DNA of 64,000 nt, from assembly GCA_951406725.2 (NCBI GenBank), contig OX597814.1, forward strand, positions 7,068,001 through 7,132,000, in the 5' to 3' direction. Position 1 is the first letter of the stretch, and every line of letters begins with the position of its first letter. The translations under genes were made by a program, and so were the position numbers. The notes below the pieces were generated by a model. It searched no databases. It saw only the letters and a list, made by a program, of their open reading frames with translations, and had not been told where the DNA came from. Origin of the DNA: Octopus vulgaris. Lineage: Eukaryota. Positions 1 through 12,115 of the stretch are shown here, one piece after another.

Positions 1-332
1 CAGCTTTATTTCATAACTGGAAGATGAGAAAGGAAACAAGAAGGATAAAGTATGCATGTAAAGTATCCAGGTGGGCAAAGGCAGGAGTGAAGAGAAAGTT
101 CCAGTAAGAAAAAGTGTGAGGTTGAATTTCAATTAAAAGTCATATCAGTTCTGAGAAAGAAGATGAGTTACTGTTCCCTTTGTAAGAAATCATGGAAGAA
201 GTGGTGTTGGAAGCCAAGTCAAAGACTCTGAAGTGTTGAATGAAATACTCAGGAGCGTCACAAGACAGGCAGGCAACCTGTTGCCAAGTGAAATATTGTT
301 CTACAAACCTGTTTGACAGTTGGCAGCTGGTT

Positions 333-543
333 TACTCTTTTACTCTTTTACTCTTTTACTTGTTTTAGTCATTTCACTGTGGCCATGCTGGAGCACCGCC
401 TTTTAGTCGAGCAAATCGACCCCGGGACTTATTCTTTGTAAGCCCAGTACTTATTCTATCGGTCTCTTTTTGCCGAACCGCTAAGTGACGGGGACGTAAA
501 CACACCAGCATCGGTTGTCAAGCAATGCTAGGGGGACAAACAT

Positions 544-586
<43 letters not shown>

Positions 587-752
587 TACGACGGGCTTCT
601 TTCAGTTTCCGTCTACCGAATCCACTCACAAGGCATTGGTCGGCCCGGGGCTATAGCAGAAAGCACTTGCCCAAGGTGCCACATAGTGGGACTGAACCCA
701 GAACCATGTGGTTGGTAAGCAAGCTACTTACCACACAGCCACTCCTGCGCCT
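333..752 (-). mobile_element. tRNA-type SINE family A (CORE-like), full length
   Basis: Reverse complement of the copy at 5179-5605: head GCAGGAGTGGCTGTGTGGTAAG, CCTTGGGCAAGTG motif, internal (TA)n/(TG)n and a (GTAAAAGA)n tail. Confidence 0.85.
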
Positions 753-1275
753 AACATGATTGAAAATTGCAAAATTCTACCAAATATACTCATAAAGTGT
801 TGGTCAGTTTGAAGCTATAGTGAGATTGAACCTGAAACCAGATGGCTGCAAAGCAAACTTCTTTACCATACACCCATGCTTTTGTGATACAATGACTGTT
901 CTTACTAAAATATAGAACATCATACCTACAATAATATATATTAAATGCAAGACAGAGACCCAGTCCTTACAGGATACTTGTATCACCACTGCAGGGATTC
1001 TTTCAATCAAGCACAGATCAGAAACCTTCAGTAAGTCACTGAGAGCGATCATACCTGTAGGAGAGAGGGAGAGCAATGAGCAGGAATGCAATGGTATTGA
1101 CGTTTGGTAATATTGGGTTGGTGAGAAAATAGGGGATATACCCATGGCTCTAAAAGATATTTTGAGATTGGGAGGATCAACTACTGCTGCTGCTGCTCAT
1201 GAGGATGATGATGATGATGACAGTCATTATCATAAGGAGCATCAAGAATGAGAGTGGAAGAGGTAGAAGCCAACT

Positions 1276-1644
1276 CTCTCTTTACTCTCTCTCTTTTACT
1301 TGTTTCAGTCATTTGACTGTGGCCATGCTGGAGCACCGCCTTTAGTCGAGCAAATCGACCCCAGGACTTATTCTTTGTAAGCCCAGTATTTATTCTATCG
1401 GTCTCTTTTGCCGAACTGCTAAGTGACGGGGACGTAAACACACCAGCATCGGTTGTCAAGCAATGCTAGGGGGACAAACACAGACACACAAACACACACA
1501 CATATATATATACATATATACGACGGGCTTCTTTCAGTTTCTGTCTACCAAATCCACTCACAAGGCTTTGGTTGGCCCGAGGCTATAGTAGAAGACACTT
1601 GCCCAAGATGCCACGCAGTGGGACTGAACCCACTGCGTGGTTCA
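1276..1644 (-). mobile_element. SINE family A, 5'-truncated, with 19-bp target site duplication (TSD)
   Basis: GAAGAGGTAGAAGCCAACT occurs at 1257-1275 and 1645-1663; the body matches 333-752. Confidence 0.9.
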
Positions 1645-2805
1645 GAAGAGGTAGAAGCCAACTAATTAGAAATTATTACAAACTTCTTTCTGATTGGTTC
1701 AACCATAAAAGTCAAGGATTTCCAACCATTTCTAAATAAAAATTAAACCATCAGGTTTTTGTGGTGGTGGCCACAGCAGAAGAAAACCTCCGAAGAAGAA
1801 CTCAAAGAGACCAGTTTGGATCCTAGTCGTCTCATGTGCAAATGCACACAAAAGAATGGATGCTGTTGAGGCGAAGAGAAAATTACTCGAAATGGGAAAA
1901 CCTTTTCTGTGAATATTTGCATTCAAGTAGGAAAAATAAATTCTAAACCATTCCGCTTAAGGATCAAGCATTCCAACATCTTACTTGAATGTTTGTCAAA
2001 AAATTTCAGATTAACTTATGACTAAATTCTTTCAAATTTTGCCTCAAGGGCAGGAATTTTAGAGTGTGTGTGGAGTGGTGTGTGCAAATTGTATTGACCC
2101 AAGTGTATGACTGGTACGTATTTCATTGACTCCACCACCATAAAAAGCAAAAAGAATGAAAGACAAAGTTGGCGTCAGCAGGATTTGAATTCAAAACATA
2201 AGGCGCCAGCTGAAGTACCACTAATCAATATTTCTCTAGTTTCACATTGTCCATATATGGAAGTAATTACAGATTTATTTCAAGAAAAGAGAATGGAAAA
2301 TGAACTCATGCTGGTGCCTCGTAGAATGCACAAGTGCCAGTGTTGGCACTGTGCAAATGCAGCCATGCTGGTGGTATGTAAAAAGCACATTTTGTAAAAT
2401 GGTTGGCATTAGGAAGGACATCCAGTCATAGACACCATGACAAAACAGAAAATTGGAGTCAGGCCGACTCCTGTTCAACTGTCCAACTCATGCCAGCATG
2501 GAAAGTGGATAGTAAACAATGATGATGATGATAATGATGACGATGACGATGATGATGATGATGATGATGACGCTGATTTTATTGTTACATTGTTAAATAA
2601 ATAAATAAATAAATAAATGAGATTAATTGGACCATTAATTTAGGAAAATATTTCCCACAGATATTTATTTTTTATGAACTTCTGTGATAAATGAATTTTG
2701 TTTTGTAACTTTTCTTTTGAATTTCAGTGAGGTTTAGTTTGCTCTGGTTTACACCTTCATCTTTGGTATTTGTCTCCACCGTTTTGCATTTACAGAACAC
2801 ATTCA

Positions 2806-3284
2806 TCATCATCATTGTTCGACCGTGGTCGAGACAATGGAATTTACCATGTTGCGCCAGACTTCACGGTCCATCATAGCATTACGGAGGTCCTGTTGCT
2901 GGATGCCTGTATCCCTGGAGATTACATCAGGGTAGGAGAGTGTGCGCCCTCTGGTGTTGCGAGTAGATGGCTTCCAGAGGAGAAGAGTAGAAATTACTTC
3001 TTTTTCAGCTCTACAACAATGTCCAGCAAACTGGACTCTCCTACCTTTCACAAGAGATGACACAGGTGGTAATTTCCCATATATTTGCATTTTAGTTGGA
3101 TGGCGCCTCCACGAGAGATTTTGAGCTCTCATAAGGAGGCGAGTGTAGGTTCCATCCAACCGCCTCTCAAGCTTCTTTGATAACGTCCAGGTTTCTGAGC
3201 CATATAGTAGAATTGGTTCGACTGTGGCTTTGAAGATTTCAAGTTTGAAGTCTCTACTTAGAGAGTCTCTAAGTAGAGACTTCA
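2806..3284 (-). mobile_element. RTE-clade LINE, 5'-truncated 3' end of the RT ORF
   Basis: ORF 2812-3291 carries ILLYGSETWTL, RRVQFAGHC and AMMDREVWR, typical of the RTE C-terminus; (GAT)n tail; TSD AACACATTCA at 2796-2805 and 3285-3294. Confidence 0.85.
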
Positions 3285-3729
3285 AACACATTCAGGTGAT
3301 GAGTAGTCAATTAAGTCAACTCAGTACTTGATTGGTGGTGCTATTTATGTATTAACCCTGAAAGAGTGAAAGACAGAACTGGTTCCTTGTCAGGATTTGA
3401 AGGCAAAGAAGTCGGAAGAAGTTCCCCAATACATTTTGGTCATCTTCCTCCAGCAGAGAGGAAAGATCATGGCTAGAGGAAGAAAATGAGGAATGGAAAG
3501 GATTCTAAGGATGGAGTGTAACAGAGGGGAGAGATAGCATGGCTTCCTATAATCTTCCTCTAGCCATGCTCTCTCCTCTCTGCTATATTCCATCCTTAAC
3601 ACCTCTTTTATCTTCTATGACCCCGCCCCCAATGCCCACAAATATCTAACATACCCCACCACCTCCCCATTAAGCCACTCCTGTATCTCTCACCTTCAAT
3701 TACTACAACCAACTCTTTGCCATCTAACC

Positions 3730-3953
3730 TATTTCTTTACTACCCACAAGGGGCTAAACACAGAGAGGACAAACAAAGACAAACAAACGGATGAAGTCGA
3801 TTATATCAACCCCAGTGCGTAACTGGTACTTAATTTATCGACCTCGAAAGGATGAAAGGCAAAGTCGACCTCGGGGGAATTTGAACTCAGGACGTAAAGA
3901 CAGACGAAATACCGCAAGGCATTTCGCCAGGCGTGCTAACGTTTCTGCCAGCT
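3730..3953 (-). mobile_element. SINE family B (central domain GCCTTTCATCCTTTCG..GTCGATAAA, Nin/Deu-like)
   Basis: Near-identical copies at 6551, 15061, 39620 and 39749; tRNA-like head with a GTTCAAATTCC B-box on minus. The domain name is recalled, not verified. Confidence 0.8.
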
Positions 3954-4545
3954 AACCATTTCTCTCCATATTCTTATGAAATCTTCTCCTTTGCACCTCC
4001 ATCACATTACCAAAATTCCATCTCCAACTGTGCCATGGTGGGGGGCGGGGGGTATGTCCTGACACATATCCACCACTATTTCTGCCCCTTCTTTCCATCT
4101 CTCCCAGCTTTACTTTCTCTCCCTTCTCCTCCAACTGGGATGTGTTTGTATCTCTTTGTCCCTCCATTCTTTCAACTTCTCATCACCTGGCACAGAGCCA
4201 CCTCCCCCAGCATTCCTCTCCCCCACCCCAGTCGAGAGGAATTTGTCTTGTCTTGTCTTGTCTTGTTACTTGGTCACCCTGCCGGTGCTGATGCCACAAA
4301 AGCAGCATCCAGTGCACTCTGTAAAGTGGTTGGCATTAGGAACGGCCCCCTGCCATGGGAACTATACCAAAAGAGACAATAGAGCTTGGCACAGCCCTTT
4401 CGTTTGCCAGCTCTTCTCAAACTGTCCAACCCATGCCAGCAGGGAAAACAGAAGATAAATGATGAGGAGGAGGGAAAGGATGACTCTTCTGTTTGTACAC
4501 CCTCTTTTCATATATACACACACACAGATGTGTGCATATATATAT

Positions 4546-4546
<1 letters not shown>

Positions 4547-4604
<58 letters not shown>

Positions 4605-4930
4605 TTAACATCTGTTGTCCATGCTGGCATGGGTTGGATGCTTTGACTAGGACTGGTAAGTTAAGGGGTTGCACCAGACTTCATTCTGATTTGGCATGGT
4701 TTTCTATGGCTGGATGCCCTTCCTAACGCCAACTTCTCCGAGAGTATAATGGGTGCTTTTATGTGCCACTGGCACAGGTGCCATTTGCATGACACTGATA
4801 TTTGCCATGACTTTGATTTTGCTCAGCTTGATGGGTCTTCTTCTCAAGCATGACATAATGCCAAAGGTCTCGGTCATTGCCTCTGTTAGGCCCAACACTC
4901 AAAAGGAACTCAACCACTTTGCTTCTGTGA
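4547..4930 (-). mobile_element. RTE-LINE 3' UTR-derived repeat with (GAT)n tail
   Basis: Shares GGATGCCCTTCCTAACGCCAAC and CCATGCTGGCATGGGTTGGA with the 3' UTR of the LINE at 29990-31180. Confidence 0.75.
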
Positions 4931-4974
4931 GATCCTTTTTATATATATATATAATGGAGTTTTGTGTGTGTGTG

Positions 4975-5017
<43 letters not shown>

Positions 5018-5178
5018 ATACATGTGTGTACATGTGTAACTCCATTAAAAATTTAGAGTTCTATATTCAACCTTGGGTTTCTTGATTTACTGATCTAGAC
5101 GATCACTTGTGTGTGTGTGTGTGTGTTAGTACGTGTGAGTGCATGTGTATGTGTGTACATGTATATATATATATATAA

Positions 5179-5348
5179 GCGCAGGAGTGGCTGTGTGGTA
5201 AGTAGCTTGCTAACCAACCACATGGTTCCAGGTTCAGTCCCACTGCGTGGCATCTTGGGCAAGTGTCTTCTACTCTAGCCTCGGGCCGACCAATGCCTTG
5301 TGAGTGGATTTGGTAGACGGAAACTGAAAGAAGCCTGTCGTATATATG

Positions 5349-5383
<35 letters not shown>

Positions 5384-5605
5384 TTGTGTGTGTGTCTGTG
5401 TTTGTCGCCCTAGCATTGCATGACAACCGATGCTGGTGTGTTTACGTCCCTGTCACTTAGCGGTTCGGCGAAAGAGACCGATAGAATAAGTACTGGGCTT
5501 ACAAAGAATAAGTCCCAGGGTCGATTTGCTCGACTAAAGGCGGTGCTCCAGCATGGCCGCAGTCAAATGACTGAAACAAGTAAAAGAGTAAAAGAGAGTA
5601 AAGAG
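5179..5605 (+). mobile_element. SINE family A, full length
   Basis: A-box-like TGGCTGTGTGGTAAG, B-box-like GGTTCAGTCCC, internal microsatellite, tail AAGTAAAAGAGTAAAAGAG. Confidence 0.85.
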
Positions 5606-5804
5606 TATATATATTGATGTATGCTATTTGTTCCGTTTTGCTTCTTTCTGTCAAAGTACATTAAACTCACCATCAACAATTTGCATGTTCCAAGCAAAAG
5701 ATCAAACAAACCTGATTATAGCAGGAAAAGAACCATAACAGAGGCTAGATCAATGATGATGGTGGTGATGGTGATGGTGATGATGATTGTCCTCCTCCTC
5801 CTCC

Positions 5805-5840
<36 letters not shown>

Positions 5841-6539
5841 ACATACTAGATTTTTAATGAAATGTTTCCAACTCCATTTCACCCAAATTCCTTCCAAAAG
5901 CCAAATCAAAAACCATTTGTGACAGTAATTTGTTTACAAAAACATTTTTCTAAAGGAAAGAAGATGAGTTTAAAAGAAAATAAAACTGTTTTTATTTCCT
6001 TCGTTTCTTTCATCAAAACTTACGGATTCCGTCTGTGACAGGTGTTAATCGAACTTTGAAATTCGATTGTTGTTTAGGTTTTGTTCAAGGATTTCCTACG
6101 CTACATCAATGATCATGTCAATGATGTTGATGATGTTGCTTATGATGATGATGATGATGATGGCTATGATGTTGATGATGTTGATGATGATGATGATGAT
6201 ACCATTTCTTTCATGTTTCTATTGTTTCTTTTCCCTGGTTACAATAACCAAGATTTTATCCCTTTTCAGATTCTGTCTTGAAAATATTCTTCACCATCTT
6301 TTAAAGGAGTTACAAAAATTCACATCTTCTCAGCTGCAATAAACATTGGTTTTAAATTTTGGCACAAGGCCAGCAATATTGAGAAAGAGAAAAAAGTCAA
6401 AGGGATTGACTTGTATTAAGTTTTTCTTCCCCAAAAAGATGAAAAGCAAAATTGACTTCAGTGAAATTTGAACTCGGAACATAAAAACATGAAATGCTGT
6501 AAAGAATTTTGCCTGGCATGACAAGAATTCTTATTTAAA

Positions 6540-6770
6540 AAAATTTTTTTTTATTGCCCACAAGGGGCTAAACATAGAGGGGACAAACAAGGACAGACAA
6601 ATGGATTAAGTCAATTACATTGACCAGTGCATAACTGGTACTTAATTTATTGACCCCAAAAGGGATGAAAGGCAAAGTTGGCCGCGGCGGAATTTGAACT
6701 CAGAACGTAACGGCAGACGAAATACCGCTCAGCATTTCGCCCGTTGCATTAACGTTTCTGCCAGCTCGCC
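6540..6770 (-). mobile_element. SINE family B nested in an older, diverged copy
   Basis: Matches 3730-3953 and is flanked by the imperfect duplication GCATGACA(A/G)GAATTCT. Confidence 0.75.
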
Positions 6771-7099
6771 GCATGACAGGAATTCTGCCATCTTGGCGTC
6801 TTAAGCTGTGTTAACATTATCAAAGGTAAACGTGAAAATAGGAATTGTAAATGGCAACAATGTCTGCTGCAAATGACAAACTCACATCTTGGGCTGTCCA
6901 CAAGTGTTTCAAAGAAGATTCCGGCAATGGACACAAAAACAGAATTGGATGAAGGAGGAGAAATAAAGTGAAGTTTTGTGTGGTTTAAAGCAAGGATGCC
7001 ATGAAGAGATGCACTTAGCAATCATATGAAGATGCTAAAATGTCAGAATTGGTTTCATATCACGTATGTCTCCTTATTGTTGCTGCAAAGTAGGAATGT

Positions 7100-7165
7100 A
7101 ATCATCATCATCATTATTATTATTGTTATTATTATTATCATTATTATTATTATAATTATTATTAA

Positions 7166-7234
<69 letters not shown>

Positions 7235-7605
7235 CATCATCATCATTGTCATTGTCATCACCATCAATATAATGGTCAGCATCCTTTCTCCACTCTACCA
7301 CCCTCGCCCTTCCTCAATCATCATCAGCATCATCAGCATTCTTATATTTCTCATTGTCATCATATTCACCGTCATTGCTATCATCATCATCATCATCATA
7401 AACAACATCATTTTGCACCTCCTTCTCCTCCTCCTCCTCCTTCTCCTCCTCCTCCTCCTCCTTCTCCTCCTCCTCCTCCTTCTCCTTCTCCTTATCATCA
7501 TCATCATCATCATCATCATCATAAACAGCATCATTTTGCACCTCCTTCTCCTCCTTCTCCTTCTCCTCCTTCTCCTCCTTCTCCTTCTCCTTATCATCAT
7601 CATCA
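7100..7605. repeat. Compound microsatellite (ATT)n/(ATC)n/(CTC)n
   Basis: Read directly; it explains the poly-I/L/N/D/R ORFs. Confidence 0.95.
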
Positions 7606-8449
7606 TGTTAATATCAGCTTTTCCATTGTTTCATGGATCAGACAGAATTTTTTTTCTGTCCACCAACTAGTTTCAAAGCTTCCAGCCAAGCTGGTGGACA
7701 GACCCTGAACGAAGCTGCACAGAAAATTATGCCTGCTTGCATGTGCAACTGTCCAAACTTTGTGCAGTGGAAACACGTGCAGGTCATAATAGCCATAGAA
7801 ATATGCAGTATGAAATTGTAAAATAAAAGGAAATAAATTCTTAGGATAAACAAATCTCCATATTCTCTCTTGCTATAATTACTGCTACTATACACTCCAG
7901 ACAATATTACCATCCAGTGAACACAGAGTTAGCCATCAGAGGAATTTACAGCATGAGTGACAACTTATAGTAGTAACAGATGTTAAATACTAATCGATGT
8001 GGTTAGCCATAACCTGGAACATAACTGAGAGCTTCCACAGTATCCCTCTAAACTCACATTAATATGTGTGTATACATACATAAATACATACATACACACA
8101 TACATACATACATACATACATACATACATACATACATACATACATACATACATACATGATGGCTGCTCCCTCGTTATTGAGTATGGCCATTGAACGAAGC
8201 TTAACTGTTACTGGTGCTGTGATCGAATGTGACTTTTAGCCCAGCTAAAGATCTACAATGTCTTGTACAGAATCGACAGCTAAAACCTTTACTGGCCAAC
8301 AACTGGCTGTAGTTGTAACTGGGTTTCATGTACCTTTGCATGTCATCCTGCCCAGTTACACTCTCTTCCACATGCCTGACAGATATGATTAGTATGGTGT
8401 GTAACACCACCACCAGTGGCCAGGTTGTCACTCATCTGTCTCGCTTTAT

Positions 8450-8900
8450 TATCATCATCCTCATCATTTAGCATCTGTTTTCCATGCTGGCATGGGTTAG
8501 ATGGTTTCCCTGAAACAAGTAAGCTGTAAAGCAACACCAGATTCCAATCGGATTTCACGTGGCTCCTTTTCTTGGATGCCCTTCCTAGCACCATCTACTC
8601 TACAGAATGCACTTGGTGCTTTTTATATGCCACCAGTATGGGTACCCATTACGTGACACCAGCATCGGCTACGACTACAATTTCACTTGGCTTGACAGGT
8701 TTTCTCAAACACAGCATATCGCCAAAGGTCTCAGTCACTCTGCGAGACCCAACGTTCGAAGATCATGCTTCAGCACTTCGTCCCATGTCTTCTTAGGTCT
8801 AACCCTTCCACAGGTTTCCCCCACAGTTAGAGATCAGCACTTCTTTAAAAAGCTATCTTCATCCATACACATGACCATATTGATGCACACCACATCTGAT
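8450..8900 (-). mobile_element. Diverged RTE 3' end and UTR fragment
   Basis: GGATGCCCTTCCTA motif; similar to 27100-27630. Confidence 0.65.
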
Positions 8901-11087
8901 ACCTCTTACGCCAAATACATACATACATACATATATGTAAATATATGACAGTTGAAACACTCCTGTCACAACCTGGGACCTTGAAGACTGCTTTAATGCA
9001 AGAAAGTATACTATTCCCTTAATATTTGATATTCAACATTTCATCTATTCAATAAGACAATCAATGCTTCATTTCATTTTACTATATATATATTATTTAT
9101 ACTATATATTCTATAGTCTATATTAATATTACAAAGAATATAAATAAAACATAAAAAACAGACAGAATTGGAATTCCTTTGAATAATATACATCCCTCTA
9201 TACACAATCATACAAACCCCTTTATATATATATATATATATATATATGCATGCTAGTGGGTGGACAAACAAAAGAAGGACACTCAACAACACATTTATTG
9301 GAAGTCACATGGTTACATGTATGAATCCAAACAGTTTGATTCAAATTCGCTGGTACTCCAAATTTCAAGCATGATGCTAATCTTCAGCCATTTTGAATTT
9401 AAATAAAAGAAGTTGATTGTTATTACCGTAAGGTGAGCTATGATTAGTCGAGGAAGGTCATGTGGTGTTGTAGTTTGATGTTGGTACAACCAAATATCAG
9501 TGACAACAGTTAGCTTGGAAACACCGCATGGTGAATGGGAAATCAACCACATGGTGGACAGGAAATCAGTCATGTTGTTGGAGGGCGGTATGAAGGGGCG
9601 GTATGTGCAAGTATATAGTTGCATATGTGGGTGTGTGGATGTACTCATATGGTTTTGCGTGCATGTCTGTAGTGAAGCGAGCGTGTGCATCTATACATGG
9701 GTGTGCACACACATGCTCCCCCCATATATATATATATATATATGTGTATGAATGAATATGCGTGCATGCACACACACATGCATACACATGCATGCAAACA
9801 CACTCACACATATCCACTCATGCACATTCATTCATATGTGCAATGCATGCATATCAGTGTGCACATGCACACCCATGTGCAGTGGCGCCCAGTTCTAGTA
9901 TTTGTGTAATTCTCAATGCCAAAGTTTGGGACAAGTCCTTCCAGGATCTTCCAGATGTATATTATGGCATATCTTTCTCACCTACACTCTAAGGAATAGA
10001 GTCTTAACCTCTTGAGTCTTTCCCAATAGCTTATATGCTGCATAGAGGCTATCTTCTTGGAACCTGGTGCAGCCATCTGGTTCGCCAAACCTCAGTCAAA
10101 TTGTCCAACCCATGCTAGCATGGAAAGCGGACGTTAAACGATGATGATGATGATGTATATATACATATATATATGTGTGATGGCCTTCTTTTAGTTCCAT
10201 CTACTTAATCCACTCACTAGGCCTTGTTTGTTCCAAATTTATAGTTAATGACACCCAAGAATGCCAGATAATGGGATTGAACTTGAACCCATGTGATTTG
10301 GAAATAAACTTCATAACCACATAGCAATACCTGATCCTATGTAGTAAACATTTTGGATGAAAATTAAGATTGATATTTTACATTTTGAAATTACCAAATA
10401 TAAATTCAAATATTTTTTTTTACTTCCAGAATTTTTCTCATGCTGTAGATAATAACAGACAAGACCTCAGGATATAAAATGTGATAGAGGAAATATAATT
10501 GCTGAATTTATTTCTTTAAACATCAATGCTATTTTATTCCTATTTTTAGGGAAACACTTGGAATAAAAATACAAATTCTGTTCCACTCAATTCTCTTATT
10601 TGTATTTATGAGTCTTAAACTTAACAGCATTAAAGTTGACGTAGCAGTTTACAAGGTAATTAGATATGAGGTAATTAAACAGAAAAGCTGATGAAATATT
10701 AAAGGAAACAGTAATTATTCAATTGTTAGAATTTTCTTGATTTTGGCTCATGAAATAATTAATGTAATTTTGTTTACTTGCAAAACTGAAATTGTTTATC
10801 ACATAGAAACATAGATATTGTTTATGTTATGAAAACAGATAATGTTTACAATATAGGAACAGAAATATTGTCTACAATGTTGGAACATATTGTTTACAAC
10901 AGAGAAACAATTATTATTTACAGTATAAAAATATAGATATTGTTGACAATATAGTAACATAGAAGACCTTCTGCCAACTCTTGAAATCAATATTGTAACA
11001 TAGATGCTGCTTACAACAAAGAAACCAAAGCCAGTTGCCATACAGAAACTGAAATATTTCATCTTTCATTAAATGCATATTTTCTTA

Positions 11088-11765
11088 TAATAATGAAATT
11101 ATTGTATACAGTGCTCAGGTGCACCACAACTTGTCAAAAGTGCGTATAAAGCATCTGCAGTAATGTACAAATGTCTGGAAAGCGAACAGTGTATGAGTCA
11201 GATACATGCTTGTGTGTGTATGGAGGGGAGAAAATCAGGTGTAGTGTTGGCGAATCTCAGGAAGCATGGAAGTTTTGAAGGATGCAGTGCTCCGACAACT
11301 AACAACTAATGCCGGCAGTCTGTTCCATGCTTCAGCAACTCTTAGCGTGAAAAATGTTTCAGAAAGTCATGGGAGCTGTGCTGTTTTCTTACTTTGTAAA
11401 CATGTCCATGGGTATTAGACAGGTGGAGTTTGAAAAGGTGCTCAGAGTTATTGTTTGTGAGATGGTTAATAATTTTATGGGTGTCTGCCAAGTCAGCTGC
11501 CAGACATCGGAGTTTCAATGTATCCATGCCCAGGGAAGTAAGGCGTTCAGAATATGACAAATGCCTGATGGAGGGTATTCTCTTGGTTGCACATTGCTGA
11601 ACGGTTTCCAGACGATTAATATCCTGGGCAAGATAGGGGTTCCAGACTGGTGATGCAAATTCCAGGTGGGGTCTTGCCATAGCTATATAAAGCCGCAGAT
11701 AGATAGCCGGAGAGTGGCTCACAAAGGACTTGGTGAGTGATGCGAAGACACCCTCAGCCTTCATA
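11088..11765 (-). mobile_element. CR1-clade LINE 3' fragment
   Basis: ORF contains LYIAMARPHLEFASPVWNPYL..LETVQQCATK..SYSERL, the CR1/L2-type region after the RT; second copy at 60231-60630. Confidence 0.85.
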
Positions 11766-11812
11766 CGCTGTCCTCCACTGCTTTTCCTGATCAATCAGAC
11801 CTGTTATAAAAG

Positions 11813-12115
11813 TGTTGTGGCGAATATCACGACACCCTCTGCAAGAATAGACTCGACTGAACGACTATGAATAGCAGCAGTCTGAGTGAGAGACTGAGGA
11901 GAGGCGTTAATCGCAGGAAGTCATAAGGTATCGTTTTGGCAGTTTGTCGGAAAACCGTTTGTTAGTTTGTGGAGAGTTTGTTGGATTGTTACATTGTTGT
12001 TACCCTGCTTCGTTATATGTTTTATTGTTACTACACGGTTATAGTGTAAAGAAAGTATCGTCATCACAAGTGGCAATAATACTACAATAATTGGCGACGA
12101 GTAACTACGTTACAA
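11813..12115 (+). mobile_element. Possible solo-LTR-like element
   Basis: Starts TGTTGTGG, ends TACGTTACAA and contains a PBS-like TGGCGACGAG; shares both ends and GTTAGTTTG..TTACATTGTTG with 56143-56591. Confidence 0.4.

Noticed and set aside
970-1060. Possible minus-strand exon after CTCTCCTACAG
   Set aside because: The peptide is unrecognisable, and such signals are common by chance
7026-7670. Long homopolymeric ORFs (also 40385-40796, 58696-59267, 61382-61997)
   Set aside because: They are translations of microsatellites
10790-10965. Degenerate ~22-24 bp repeat (AACATAGATATTGTTTACAA-like)
   Set aside because: An old minisatellite with no further structure evident
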